From Kofleriaceae bacterium (GTDB taxonomy: Bacteria; Myxococcota_A; Polyangia; Haliangiales; Haliangiaceae): 12,384 bases of DNA. A program made the translations under genes and the position numbers. The stretch covers positions 1 to 12,384 of the forward strand of contig JBKJLC010000033.1 in assembly GCA_046597055.1 (NCBI GenBank), in the 5' to 3' direction. Positions 1 through 7,577 of this stretch are shown here, in pieces (the first letter of the stretch is position 1; each line of letters starts with the position of its first letter). Below the pieces are notes generated by a model that was not told the origin of the DNA, searched no databases, and saw nothing but the letters and a program-made list of their open reading frames with translations.

Positions 1-1
1 G

Positions 2-337
2 CAGTCGAAGCCACGCACGGGCCAGGTCTTCGTCACCCGCTACCACGCCGAGATCATCCGGTCACCGCGCCAGGCGCGTCACGCGCTCGCGTACGTGCTG
101 AACAACTGGCGCCGGCACCGCGAGGACCTCGCGGGGGTTGCGCAGCGACGTGCCCAGGTCGATCCGTACTCGAGCGGGATCCGGTTCGACGGCTGGAGCG
201 GCGTGGCCGCGCCGTTCGCGGCGCCCGCCGGCTACGAGCCGCTGCCGGTCGCGGCCGCGGCCAGCTGGATGCTGACCACCGGCTGGCGGCGACACGGGCC
301 GATTGGCCTGCGCGAGGTGCCCGGGCCCGTCGAGTGA
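2..337 (+). mobile_element. REP-associated tyrosine transposase (RAYT / Y1 HUH transposase), C-terminal part; 5' truncated by window edge
   Basis: Frame 2 is open from base 2: QSKPRTGQVFVTRYHAEIIRSPRQARHALAYVLNNWRRHRED...VDPYSSG. This fits the RAYT/Y1 pattern G-x-(V/L)-(F/W)-x-x-R-Y/F...Y-V-x-x-N (catalytic Tyr helix) and the downstream 'YSS' motif. The HUH motif would lie upstream of the window. Confidence 0.8.
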
Positions 338-706
338 TCAGGCCGGCGGGGCGAGCGCGGCGCGGATGGCGGCGAAGAAGGCGGGGCCGACCAGGGGCTT
401 CTGCAGCACGCCGCGGACGAGCGCGCTGGTCTGCGCGACCGCGACGACCTCGGTGCGCGGCAGGCCGCTCAGGAAGACCAGCGGGACCCGCAGCGCCTGG
501 GCCTCCATCGCCGCGAGCAGGCCGAGGCCGGTCATCGGGTACATGTCGACGTCCGAGATCACGAGGTCGAAGCTGCCCGTGACGAGCGCGGCGAGCGCCT
601 CCTCGCCACCGTGGACCGCGACCGCCTCGATGCCCATGACGCGCAGCTGCAGCGCGATCGACCGCGCGACCATCGGTTCGTCATCGACCACCAGGATCCT
701 TGTCAT
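338..706 (-). CDS. Single-domain response regulator (CheY-like receiver)
   Basis: 122 aa with RILVVDDE, the phospho-acceptor Asp in DLVISDVDM, PMTG, FLSG (Ser/Thr switch) and LQKP. No output domain. Confidence 0.9.
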   Translation of the reverse strand: MTRILVVDDEPMVARSIALQLRVMGIEAVAVHGGEEALAALVTGSFDLVISDVDMYPMTGLGLLAAMEAQALRVPLVFLSGLPRTEVVAVAQTSALVRGVLQKPLVGPAFFAAIRAALAPPA

Positions 707-810
707 TGCGCCGCCCCCCCGCGCGCATGATGCCTGACCGTCGGACGGATTTCACCCTGGCCGCGGATCGGACCCGCGTCGCATGGGCCCGAGATCGGCG
801 ACGTGGCAGG

Positions 811-1593
811 ATGACGCCGATGTCAGCTTCGAGGACGCTGGCCATGCGGCTCGGCCTGCCCATCCTGGTCGGCGCCGGGTTGCTGGCCGGCTGGTGGATC
901 GCCTGGGAGACCGGCCAGTTCCCGGTCGGCACCGTGCCCTCACCCGAGGCGGTCGCGCGCGGCTTCGTCACCGAGGCGAGCGCGGGCCGACTGACCACGG
1001 ACATCGTCGCGTCGCTCTATCGGGTCGGGTTCGGCTACGTCGGCGCGTGCGCGGCGGCGATCCCGCTCGGGTTGCTGCTCGGCCGCTCGCTGCGGTGGCG
1101 CGCCGCGCTGCTGCCGTGGATCAACTTCTTCCGGACCCTGTCGCCGATCGCCTGGATCCCGTTCGCCGCGATCTGGTTCGGCATCGGCGACCCGCCGGCG
1201 CTGTTCATCATCTTCATGGCGACCTTCTTCCAGGTCGTGCTGGCGACCGCCGGCGCCGCCGGCCAGGTGCCACGCATCTACTACCGGGTCGCCGAGGATC
1301 TGGGGATGGGCAAGGCCCAGATGCTGTTCCAGGTCACCCTGCCGGCGATCCTGCCCCAGCTCCTGGTCACGTTGCGGGTCGCGATCGGCGTGGCCTGGAT
1401 GGTCGTGGTCGCCGCCGAGATGCTCGGCATGAAGAGCGGCCTCGGCTTCCTCATCTCCGACGGGCGCAACGGGCTGCGGATGGATCTGGTCGTGGTCGCG
1501 ATGATCACGATCGGCGTGATCGGCGTCGCGCTCGACAGCCTGTTCGCGCGGCTGGCCCGGGCGCCGATGGTGCGCTGGGGCAGCGAGCGATGA
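811..1593 (+). CDS. ABC transporter permease, NitT/TauT (SsuC/TauC-like) family
   Basis: Multiple TM helices with P-SP-x-V, 'SLYRVGFG', 'RTLSPIAWIP', an EAA-like loop 'VAEDLGM', and 'WMVVVAAEML...SGLGFLI'. Start ATG 811 or 820 is more plausible than 700. Confidence 0.92.
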   Translation: MTPMSASRTLAMRLGLPILVGAGLLAGWWIAWETGQFPVGTVPSPEAVARGFVTEASAGRLTTDIVASLYRVGFGYVGACAAAIPLGLLLGRSLRWRAALLPWINFFRTLSPIAWIPFAAIWFGIGDPPALFIIFMATFFQVVLATAGAAGQVPRIYYRVAEDLGMGKAQMLFQVTLPAILPQLLVTLRVAIGVAWMVVVAAEMLGMKSGLGFLISDGRNGLRMDLVVVAMITIGVIGVALDSLFARLARAPMVRWGSER

Positions 1594-2306
1594 CCCCGGT
1601 CCTGCGCCTCGACGGGGTCGGCTTCGCGTACGGGCCGGTCGCGGTGCTCGCCACGATCGACCTCGAGGTCGCGCGTGGTGAGCTGCTGGCGTGCGTGGGC
1701 CCGTCGGGGTGCGGCAAGAGCACGCTGCTCGGGTTGCTCGGCGGCCACCTGCAGCCAACCCGCGGTCGAGTCGAGCGGCAGGGGCAGAGCCGGACCATCT
1801 ACCAGGAGGGCGGGCTCTACCCGTGGCTGACCGTCGCCGAGAACGTCGCGATCGGCGTGCCGCGAGGCGCCAGCCCGGTCGAGCGCGCCCGCAAGGTCGA
1901 CGCATGGCTGACGACCGCGAACCTCGCCAGCTTCCGCGATCACTATCCCCACGAGCTGTCGGGCGGCATGCGCCAGCGCGTCGAGATCGGGCGGGCCCTG
2001 GTCGCCGAGACCGACCTCCTGCTGCTCGACGAGCCGTTCAGCGCGCTCGACTACCAGACCCGCGTCCGCATGCGGCGCGAGCTGGCGACGACCCTGGCGA
2101 CCCGGCCGCGCACCGTCGTGCTGGTCACTCACGACATCGAGGAGGCCGTCCAGCTCGCCGATCGCATCGTCGTGCTGGGCGAGCGTCCCGCCTCGGTGCG
2201 CCGCACGCTCGAGCTGCCCGCCGGCGGCCGCCGTCCGCGCCTGCCCGCCGACCCCGGGGTCGCCGAGGCCGAGCAGCTCATCCTCGACGAGCTCGGGCTC
2301 ACGTAG
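1590..2306 (+). CDS. ABC transporter ATP-binding protein, NitT/TauT (SsuB/TauB-like) family
   Basis: Walker A GPSGCGKST, signature LSGGMRQR, Walker B LLLLDEPFSALD and H-loop VTHDIEEA. ATG at 1590 overlaps the permease stop (ATGA). Confidence 0.95.
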   Translation: MTPVLRLDGVGFAYGPVAVLATIDLEVARGELLACVGPSGCGKSTLLGLLGGHLQPTRGRVERQGQSRTIYQEGGLYPWLTVAENVAIGVPRGASPVERARKVDAWLTTANLASFRDHYPHELSGGMRQRVEIGRALVAETDLLLLDEPFSALDYQTRVRMRRELATTLATRPRTVVLVTHDIEEAVQLADRIVVLGERPASVRRTLELPAGGRRPRLPADPGVAEAEQLILDELGLT

Positions 2307-2322
2307 CAGCCGCGACCCGCGT

Positions 2323-3381
2323 GTGGATCGCTTCCACCACCCGTGCCACAGTCGCCGGGTGCGAGCGTTCTGGCTGCGGGTCGCGGCGATCACCACCGCG
2401 TTCCTGACCGTGCTGGCGGTCTTGCACCACCGGCCGTGGGTGGCCGGGCGCGCCTACGCCGCGCATGGCCAGCTCGACGTCGGCTTCTTGCCGGTGACCT
2501 GCCATCTCACCTGTCCGGTCACCGACTTCGCGACCCGGACCACGACCACCTCGACCCGCTTCCGGTCGCGGTCGTTTCCTGACTTTCCGACCGCGGTCGA
2601 GGCGCTCAAGAGCCGCAAGATCGAGGCGACGTTCCTGCTGGCGCCGCTGGCGATGGTATTGCGCGCGCAAGGGGTGCCGATCAAGATCGTCTACCTCGGC
2701 CACCGGGACGGCTCGACCGTGATGGTCCGCAAGGACTCGACCGCGCGTGACCTGCGCGACCTGCGCGGCAAGGTGTTCGCGCGGCCCAGCAAGTTCTCGA
2801 ACCAGTACCTCGTCATCACCAAGCTGATGGACGAGCAGGGCCTGGCGCCGGGCGACATCGAGTTCGTCGACCTGCCACCGTCCGACATGCCGTCGGCGCT
2901 CGCCAACGGCTCGATCGACGCCTACTTCGTCGGCGAGCCCCATGCGGCCAAGGCCGAGCTCAACGGCACCGGCCGCGTCCTCTATCACGCCAAGGACATC
3001 TGGCCCCGCTTCATCTCGTGCGTGCTGGTCGTGCGCGAGGAGCTGATCAACCAGAAGCCCGAGGTCGTGCGCGATCTGGTCCGCGGCATCGCCGAGTCGG
3101 GCGAGTGGGCCGAGCGCAACCGGCTACAGGCGGCCAAGGTCGGGGCGACCTACTACCACCAGGACCCGAAGCTGCTCGAGTACGTCCTGACCCACCCGGC
3201 CGACCGGGTCAGCTACCGCATGCTGACGCCGACCGACGAGGACCTGGGCGCGATCATGAAGTACGCGCTCAAGGCCGGCATCCTCGCGAAGCCGATCGAC
3301 CTCACCGAGCTGATCGACCGCCGCTTCATCCCGCTCGACATCCAGCCGGCCGCGATCGCCCCCGATCTGCCCGGGCTGTGA
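2323..3381 (+). CDS. ABC transporter substrate-binding protein, NitT/TauT (SsuA/NrtA-like)
   Basis: N-terminal hydrophobic segment, 'VGFLPVTCHLTCP', 'DLRGKVFARPSKFSNQY', 'SIDAYFVGEP' and 'SCVLVVR'. Third gene of the operon. Start is GTG 2323 or a later GTG (about 2359). Confidence 0.88.
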   Translation: MDRFHHPCHSRRVRAFWLRVAAITTAFLTVLAVLHHRPWVAGRAYAAHGQLDVGFLPVTCHLTCPVTDFATRTTTTSTRFRSRSFPDFPTAVEALKSRKIEATFLLAPLAMVLRAQGVPIKIVYLGHRDGSTVMVRKDSTARDLRDLRGKVFARPSKFSNQYLVITKLMDEQGLAPGDIEFVDLPPSDMPSALANGSIDAYFVGEPHAAKAELNGTGRVLYHAKDIWPRFISCVLVVREELINQKPEVVRDLVRGIAESGEWAERNRLQAAKVGATYYHQDPKLLEYVLTHPADRVSYRMLTPTDEDLGAIMKYALKAGILAKPIDLTELIDRRFIPLDIQPAAIAPDLPGL

Positions 3382-3404
3382 CCGCTCCGCTTCGCCCGGC
3401 TCAG
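3382..3404 (+). repeat. Dispersed intergenic repeat, copy 1 (REP-like)
   Basis: ccgctccgcttcgcccggctcag matches 12307-12329 at 20/23 positions. Confidence 0.5.
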
Positions 3405-3410
3405 ACTCGG

Positions 3411-3437
3411 GTTTCGCCGTTTCAGGACGGCGGCAAC
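3411..3437. terminator. Hairpin between convergent genes (possible bidirectional terminator)
   Basis: CGCCGT(3415-3420) and ACGGCG(3427-3432) form a stem, with GTT/AAC as outer pairs. It lies between two convergent stops. There is no long U tract. Confidence 0.45.
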
Positions 3438-4688
3438 TCAGGCGATCGACGCGACCACGCCGTCGCGGCGCGCGGTCTCGGCGGCGAACACCATGAGGTG
3501 GGTCTCCAGGCTCTCGGCGGGACCCGACCGGATCTTCGAGCGGTCGCCGGTCGCGATCGCGGCGACGAACTGCTCCATCAGGCGACCGTCGCCGCCGCCG
3601 TGGCCGGTCGCGATCGAGCCGTCGGACGCCTGATCGGTGCGGAACGTCTCGGTGCGATCGGTCAGGAAGTCGTGCACCTCGATGACGGTGCCGTTGCCGT
3701 ACAGCTCGCCGCGGGTGCCGAAGATGCGGGTCTCGCGATCGCGCTGGCGGGTGAACCCGGTCATCGTGAACGACGCGGTCGCGCCGCCCTCGAAGAGCAT
3801 GTTGACGACCTGGTGATCGACCACGTCGTTGTCGCTGGTGTAGACGCAGCGTCCGTACGGCCCGGTCCGCAGCGCCTCGGTGACCCCGGCCTCGGTCAGG
3901 TCGGACGTGAGCACGTCGACCGGCCAGCCGGTGTAGCCAGCGCGGACCCGGCCGAGGTAGATCCGGGGCGCCGAGTACGGGCAGCTCGGCTCGACCGCGC
4001 AGTCGAGGCAGCGATCGGCGGCCCCGGCCGGCTGCGCCTCGCGCCGGAAGTGCTTGAGGCCGCCGAACGACGACACCTTGAGGCATGCGCGGCCGACCAC
4101 GTGGCGAATCCAGTCGAGGTCGTGGCACGACTTGGCCAGCAGCATCGACGACGACCGCGCCTGGTTGCCCCAGTTGCCGCGCACGAACGAGTGGGCCTGG
4201 TGCCAGTAGCCGACCGGCTCGAGGTGGTCGAGGCTGACGATCTCACCGATGCGGCCGGCGTCGATCAGCGCCTTGACCCACTCGGTGTAGCGGGTGTAGC
4301 GCAGGACGTGACAGACCGCGAACATCACGCCGTTGCGCTCGGCCGCCGCGACGATCCGCCGGCACTCGTCGGCGCTCGGCGCCATCGGCTTCTCGAGCAG
4401 CAGGTGATAGCCGCGGTCGGCGAACGCGACCGCCGGCTCGGCGTGCTCGGTGTCCGGGGTCGCCAGGATCACGCCGTCGGCGAGCCGCGGGCGATCGAGC
4501 AGCTTGCGCCAGTCCGACGTGACGAGCGCGGGATCGATCGCGTGCTCGCGGGCGAGCCGGTCGCGGTAGAAGTCGCGCGGCTCGGCCACGCCGACGATCT
4601 TGACCGCGGCCGGGTTGGCGCGCGCGTACTCGGCGTAGATCGCGCCGCGGCTACCGGCGCCCACGACGATCAGTCGAACAGGAGGCAT
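3438..4688 (-). CDS. Gfo/Idh/MocA family NAD(P)-dependent oxidoreductase
   Basis: Rossmann motif VVGAGSRG, LLLEKPMA, VCHVLRY, HSFVRGNW, KSCHDLD and C-terminal GHGGGD. It carries a Cys-rich insert RCLDC...SCPYSA...YGRCVY. Confidence 0.93.
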   Translation of the reverse strand: MPPVRLIVVGAGSRGAIYAEYARANPAAVKIVGVAEPRDFYRDRLAREHAIDPALVTSDWRKLLDRPRLADGVILATPDTEHAEPAVAFADRGYHLLLEKPMAPSADECRRIVAAAERNGVMFAVCHVLRYTRYTEWVKALIDAGRIGEIVSLDHLEPVGYWHQAHSFVRGNWGNQARSSSMLLAKSCHDLDWIRHVVGRACLKVSSFGGLKHFRREAQPAGAADRCLDCAVEPSCPYSAPRIYLGRVRAGYTGWPVDVLTSDLTEAGVTEALRTGPYGRCVYTSDNDVVDHQVVNMLFEGGATASFTMTGFTRQRDRETRIFGTRGELYGNGTVIEVHDFLTDRTETFRTDQASDGSIATGHGGGDGRLMEQFVAAIATGDRSKIRSGPAESLETHLMVFAAETARRDGVVASIA

Positions 4689-4765
4689 CTCACCGTTCTA
4701 CCCGATCTCCTGGCAACGGCCGCACCGGCCGCGCCCGCTGGGAGCGCTGGTCGGGGCATGACCTT

Positions 4766-4801
4766 GGACGCAGGCGTCAGAACGCGGGCGTCAGGACGCG
4801 G
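4766..4801. repeat. About 2.5 imperfect copies of a 14-bp tandem repeat overlapping the kinase stop codon
   Basis: ggacgcaggcgtca / gaacgcgggcgtca / ggacgcgg. Confidence 0.55.
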
Positions 4802-6026
4802 ACAGCGCGGCCTTGAACTCGAGCGCGCTGCGCGGTCGGTCGGCCGGCGTCTTGGCAAGCGACCGGGAGATCATCGCGTCGAGCGCAGCCGGCAGGTCGC
4901 CGCGCATGACCCGCGGGATCGGCGCGGCCTCGGCGCAGTGCGCGAAGCCGATCGCGATCGCGTTCTCGCCGGAGAAGGGCGGCCGCCCGCACACCAGGTG
5001 ATAGGCGAGGGCGCCCAGCGAGTAGATGTCGCTGGCGGTGTCGACGCTCTTGCCGCGGATCTGCTCGGGCGACATGTAATGAGGCGTGCCCATCAGCATG
5101 CCGGTGGCGGTCATGCCGGCGCCGGCGGTGGCCTTGGCCAGGCCGAAGTCGATCAGCTTCACCGCGTTGCGCTCGCCGACCAGCACGTTCTGCGGCTTGA
5201 GGTCGCGGTGGATCACGCCAGCGTCGTGGGCGGCGGCCAGCCCGGTGCAGATCTGGCCGAGGTAGTCGAGGCAGTCGCTCATCGGGACCATGCCGCGGCT
5301 GGTGATCACCTCGGCCAGGGTGCGACCCGGGAAGTACTCCATCGACAGGTAGAGCAGCCCGGGCCGGGCCTCGCCCAGGTCGTGGATGCGAATCACGTTG
5401 GGCGAGCTGACCTTGCGGGCGGCCGCGGCCTCGCGGCGAAAGCGCTCGATCAGCGCGCCCTCGTCGGCCACGAAGCTGGCGGCGATGACCTTGACCGCGA
5501 CGGTGTCATCGAGCACCTCGTCGTGCGCGAGGTAGACCGCGCCCATGCCGCCGCGCCCGAGCAGGCGCTCGATGCGGTAGCGGTTGGCGAGGACCTCGCC
5601 CGGCGTCAGCCCGCCGAGCGACGGCGGCGGGCTGGACCGCATCACGGTCTGGGTGCGGTCGAGCGCGGGTGCGACCGCGGGCGCGGTCGCTGCGGTGGGA
5701 CGCACCGCGAGCGGCGCCGCCGGGGCCGCGAGCCCGGCCGGCGCCGGGATCACCGCCGACTCGAGCATCCGCCGCTCGTCGATCAGCCGGGACAGCTTCT
5801 GGTTCAGCTCGAAGTCGACGCCGCACACGATCGTCTCGAGGTTGGCGATCCGTTCGAGCAGCAGCTTGCGTTCGGGGTCGTCGGCGCCACGGCCCGCCGG
5901 CAGCTGGCGGCGCTCCTGCGCCGCGAGCTCGGCCCGGCGCTCGCGGTGGCGCAAGATCTCCCGGACGATCACCACGGGCGACCCGAACACGGCGAGGATC
6001 GCGATGATCGGGATCAGGGCTTCCAC
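4791..6026 (-). CDS. Hanks-type Ser/Thr protein kinase with N-terminal TM helix and coiled coil
   Basis: LGRGGMGAVY, VAVK, IHRDLKPQN, DFGLAK, GTPHYMSPEQ and SDIYSLG are all intact. GTG start; TM segment at about residues 4-21. Confidence 0.95.
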   Translation of the reverse strand: MEALIPIIAILAVFGSPVVIVREILRHRERRAELAAQERRQLPAGRGADDPERKLLLERIANLETIVCGVDFELNQKLSRLIDERRMLESAVIPAPAGLAAPAAPLAVRPTAATAPAVAPALDRTQTVMRSSPPPSLGGLTPGEVLANRYRIERLLGRGGMGAVYLAHDEVLDDTVAVKVIAASFVADEGALIERFRREAAAARKVSSPNVIRIHDLGEARPGLLYLSMEYFPGRTLAEVITSRGMVPMSDCLDYLGQICTGLAAAHDAGVIHRDLKPQNVLVGERNAVKLIDFGLAKATAGAGMTATGMLMGTPHYMSPEQIRGKSVDTASDIYSLGALAYHLVCGRPPFSGENAIAIGFAHCAEAAPIPRVMRGDLPAALDAMISRSLAKTPADRPRSALEFKAALSAS

Positions 6027-6040
6027 GGTCGCCGGTTGTA

Positions 6041-6973
6041 TCAGCCCAGGCGGGCGATGTCGTCGCTGCTCAGGCCGAACAGGTGCAGCAGCCGGTCGAG
6101 CCCGCCCGACGAGATCGCGGTGTCGGCGGTGGCGGCGACCTTGGGCTTGGCGTGGAACGCCACGCCGAAGCCGGCGCGCGCCAGCATCGGGAGATCGTTG
6201 GCGCCGTCGCCGACCGCCACCGTCGCCGCCGGCGCGATGCCGTGCGCGGCCGCGATCTGCGCCAGCAGCGCCGCCTTGCGCTCGGGCGTCACCACCGGAT
6301 CGATCAGCCGCCCGGTCAGCCGGCGGTCGACCCGCTCGAGCTGGTTGGCGAACGCGTCGTCGAGGCCGAGCGTGCGCTGGACCGCCGCGGTGCCGAAGGT
6401 GAAGCCGCCGCTGACGACCGCGGTGCGGCAGCCGAGCGCGCGCAAGGCGCGGACCAGCGCCGGCGCGCCCGGCATGATCGGCAGCCGGCCGGCCAGCTCC
6501 GCGAGCGCCTCGTCGGGCATCCCCGCGAGCAGCGCGACCCGGTAGCGCAGGCTCGACTCGAAGTCGAGCTCGCCCAGCATGGCGCGGCGGGTGACGTCGC
6601 TCACCTCGGGGCCGACCCCGTGCAGGCGGGCCAGCTCGTCGATGGTCTCGAGCTGGATCAGGGTCGAGTCCATGTCGAACACGACCAGGCGTGGGGCGCG
6701 CCGCTCGGGGGTGTCGGCGCGGACCGCGATGTCGATGCCGGCGCCGGCCGCGGTGAGCACCAGCCGGCGCAGCTCGCCGGCCGCGGCCCGGACCTCGCCG
6801 GTGACCTCGACGATCGCGGGCAGCTCGATCGCGGCCGCGGCCAGCCGGATCGGCGCGCCGACCGCGGCGCCCCGCCCGGCCAGCGCGTGCGCGATCGCGG
6901 CGAGCCGGGTGTCGTCGAGCGCCGCCGGATCGTCGGCGAGCGCCGTGATCGCGAAGGCGATCGAGGTGGTCAT
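6041..6973 (-). CDS. serB: Phosphoserine phosphatase (HAD family)
   Basis: HAD motif I FDMDSTLI, E-TIDELA, TRRAMLGELDFESSLRYRVALL, VSGGF, K, VGDGANDL and AFHAKP. Confidence 0.93.
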   Translation of the reverse strand: MTTSIAFAITALADDPAALDDTRLAAIAHALAGRGAAVGAPIRLAAAAIELPAIVEVTGEVRAAAGELRRLVLTAAGAGIDIAVRADTPERRAPRLVVFDMDSTLIQLETIDELARLHGVGPEVSDVTRRAMLGELDFESSLRYRVALLAGMPDEALAELAGRLPIMPGAPALVRALRALGCRTAVVSGGFTFGTAAVQRTLGLDDAFANQLERVDRRLTGRLIDPVVTPERKAALLAQIAAAHGIAPAATVAVGDGANDLPMLARAGFGVAFHAKPKVAATADTAISSGGLDRLLHLFGLSSDDIARLG

Positions 6974-7512
6974 GGCCGCGGCTGCAGCGCCGCCACCAGC
7001 TCGCCGTAGAGGCGTGCGCGCAGGCCGATCGGATCAGGGCCGCCGCCGCCCAGCGCAGGATCGACGACGATGTCGGCGAGCGTGTGGGCGAAGCCGTCGG
7101 GGACGAACAGGCGGTCCCAGCCGAGCGGGCGCGGCCCGCGCGGCTTGTCGACGATCTGGCCGCCGACCTCGCCGGTGAACAGCTCGACCTCGGCGTCGGC
7201 GCCGCGGCGCAGGGCCACGCACAGGTGCAGCCGCACCGGCGTCTCGCGCCAGTGGCGGGTGAACCGGATGTCGTTCTCGGAGTCGAGCTCGAGGCGCAGG
7301 CTCTTGCCGTCCATCGTGGTCAGGTCGCTGACCTCGGCGAAGCACGGGAACACGTCGGCGGCCAGCACCATGCCGCGCGCGCGCTGCGATGGATCGGGCG
7401 CGCTGGTCGAGTAGCCGGACGGCAGCCCGGCGATCGTCAGCTGCAGCGTGGGCGCGATCCGGGCCAGCTCGGCCGCGCGCGCGTCGTTGCCATCGAGGAA
7501 GTGGACGATCAC
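6970..7512 (-). CDS. Ham1/ITPase (non-canonical purine NTP pyrophosphatase)-fold protein with degenerate active site
   Basis: VHFLDGNDARAAE resembles F-x-TGN-x-x-K-x-x-E; PCFAEVSDL resembles P-x-x-x-EDSGL; FTGEVGGQIVDKPRG...LGWDRLFVPDGFAHTLAD resembles F-x-G-x-x-x-G-x-I...PRG...FGWDPIF-x-PDG...T-x-AE. Its stop overlaps the serB ATG (ATGA). Start is uncertain (GTG 7512 or ATG 7548). Confidence 0.75.
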   Translation of the reverse strand: MIVHFLDGNDARAAELARIAPTLQLTIAGLPSGYSTSAPDPSQRARGMVLAADVFPCFAEVSDLTTMDGKSLRLELDSENDIRFTRHWRETPVRLHLCVALRRGADAEVELFTGEVGGQIVDKPRGPRPLGWDRLFVPDGFAHTLADIVVDPALGGGGPDPIGLRARLYGELVAALQPRP

Positions 7513-7577
7513 CGCGGCGGAACCTACCACGCGGCTCCGGCTGGACATCGGCGGGAGCGGCGCCGATGATGCCGCCG

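Noticed and set aside
783..1589. N-terminal extension of the 507-aa ORF ahead of the ABC ATPase
   Set aside because: It overlaps the permease in another frame and is low-complexity. The real start is ATG 1590, coupled to the permease stop.
3018..6545. 1175-aa plus-strand ORF and other long Arg/Ala/Gly-rich ORFs (e.g. 7524..9311, 9600..11309, 1281..2396)
   Set aside because: These are antisense or off-frame shadows of well-supported genes in very GC-rich DNA, with no recognisable motifs.
4791..6973. serB acting as the cognate protein phosphatase of the adjacent kinase
   Set aside because: The sequence is a canonical metabolic SerB (free phosphoserine), not PP2C/PPP. The kinase may also have its own -10-like element, so adjacency alone is not evidence.
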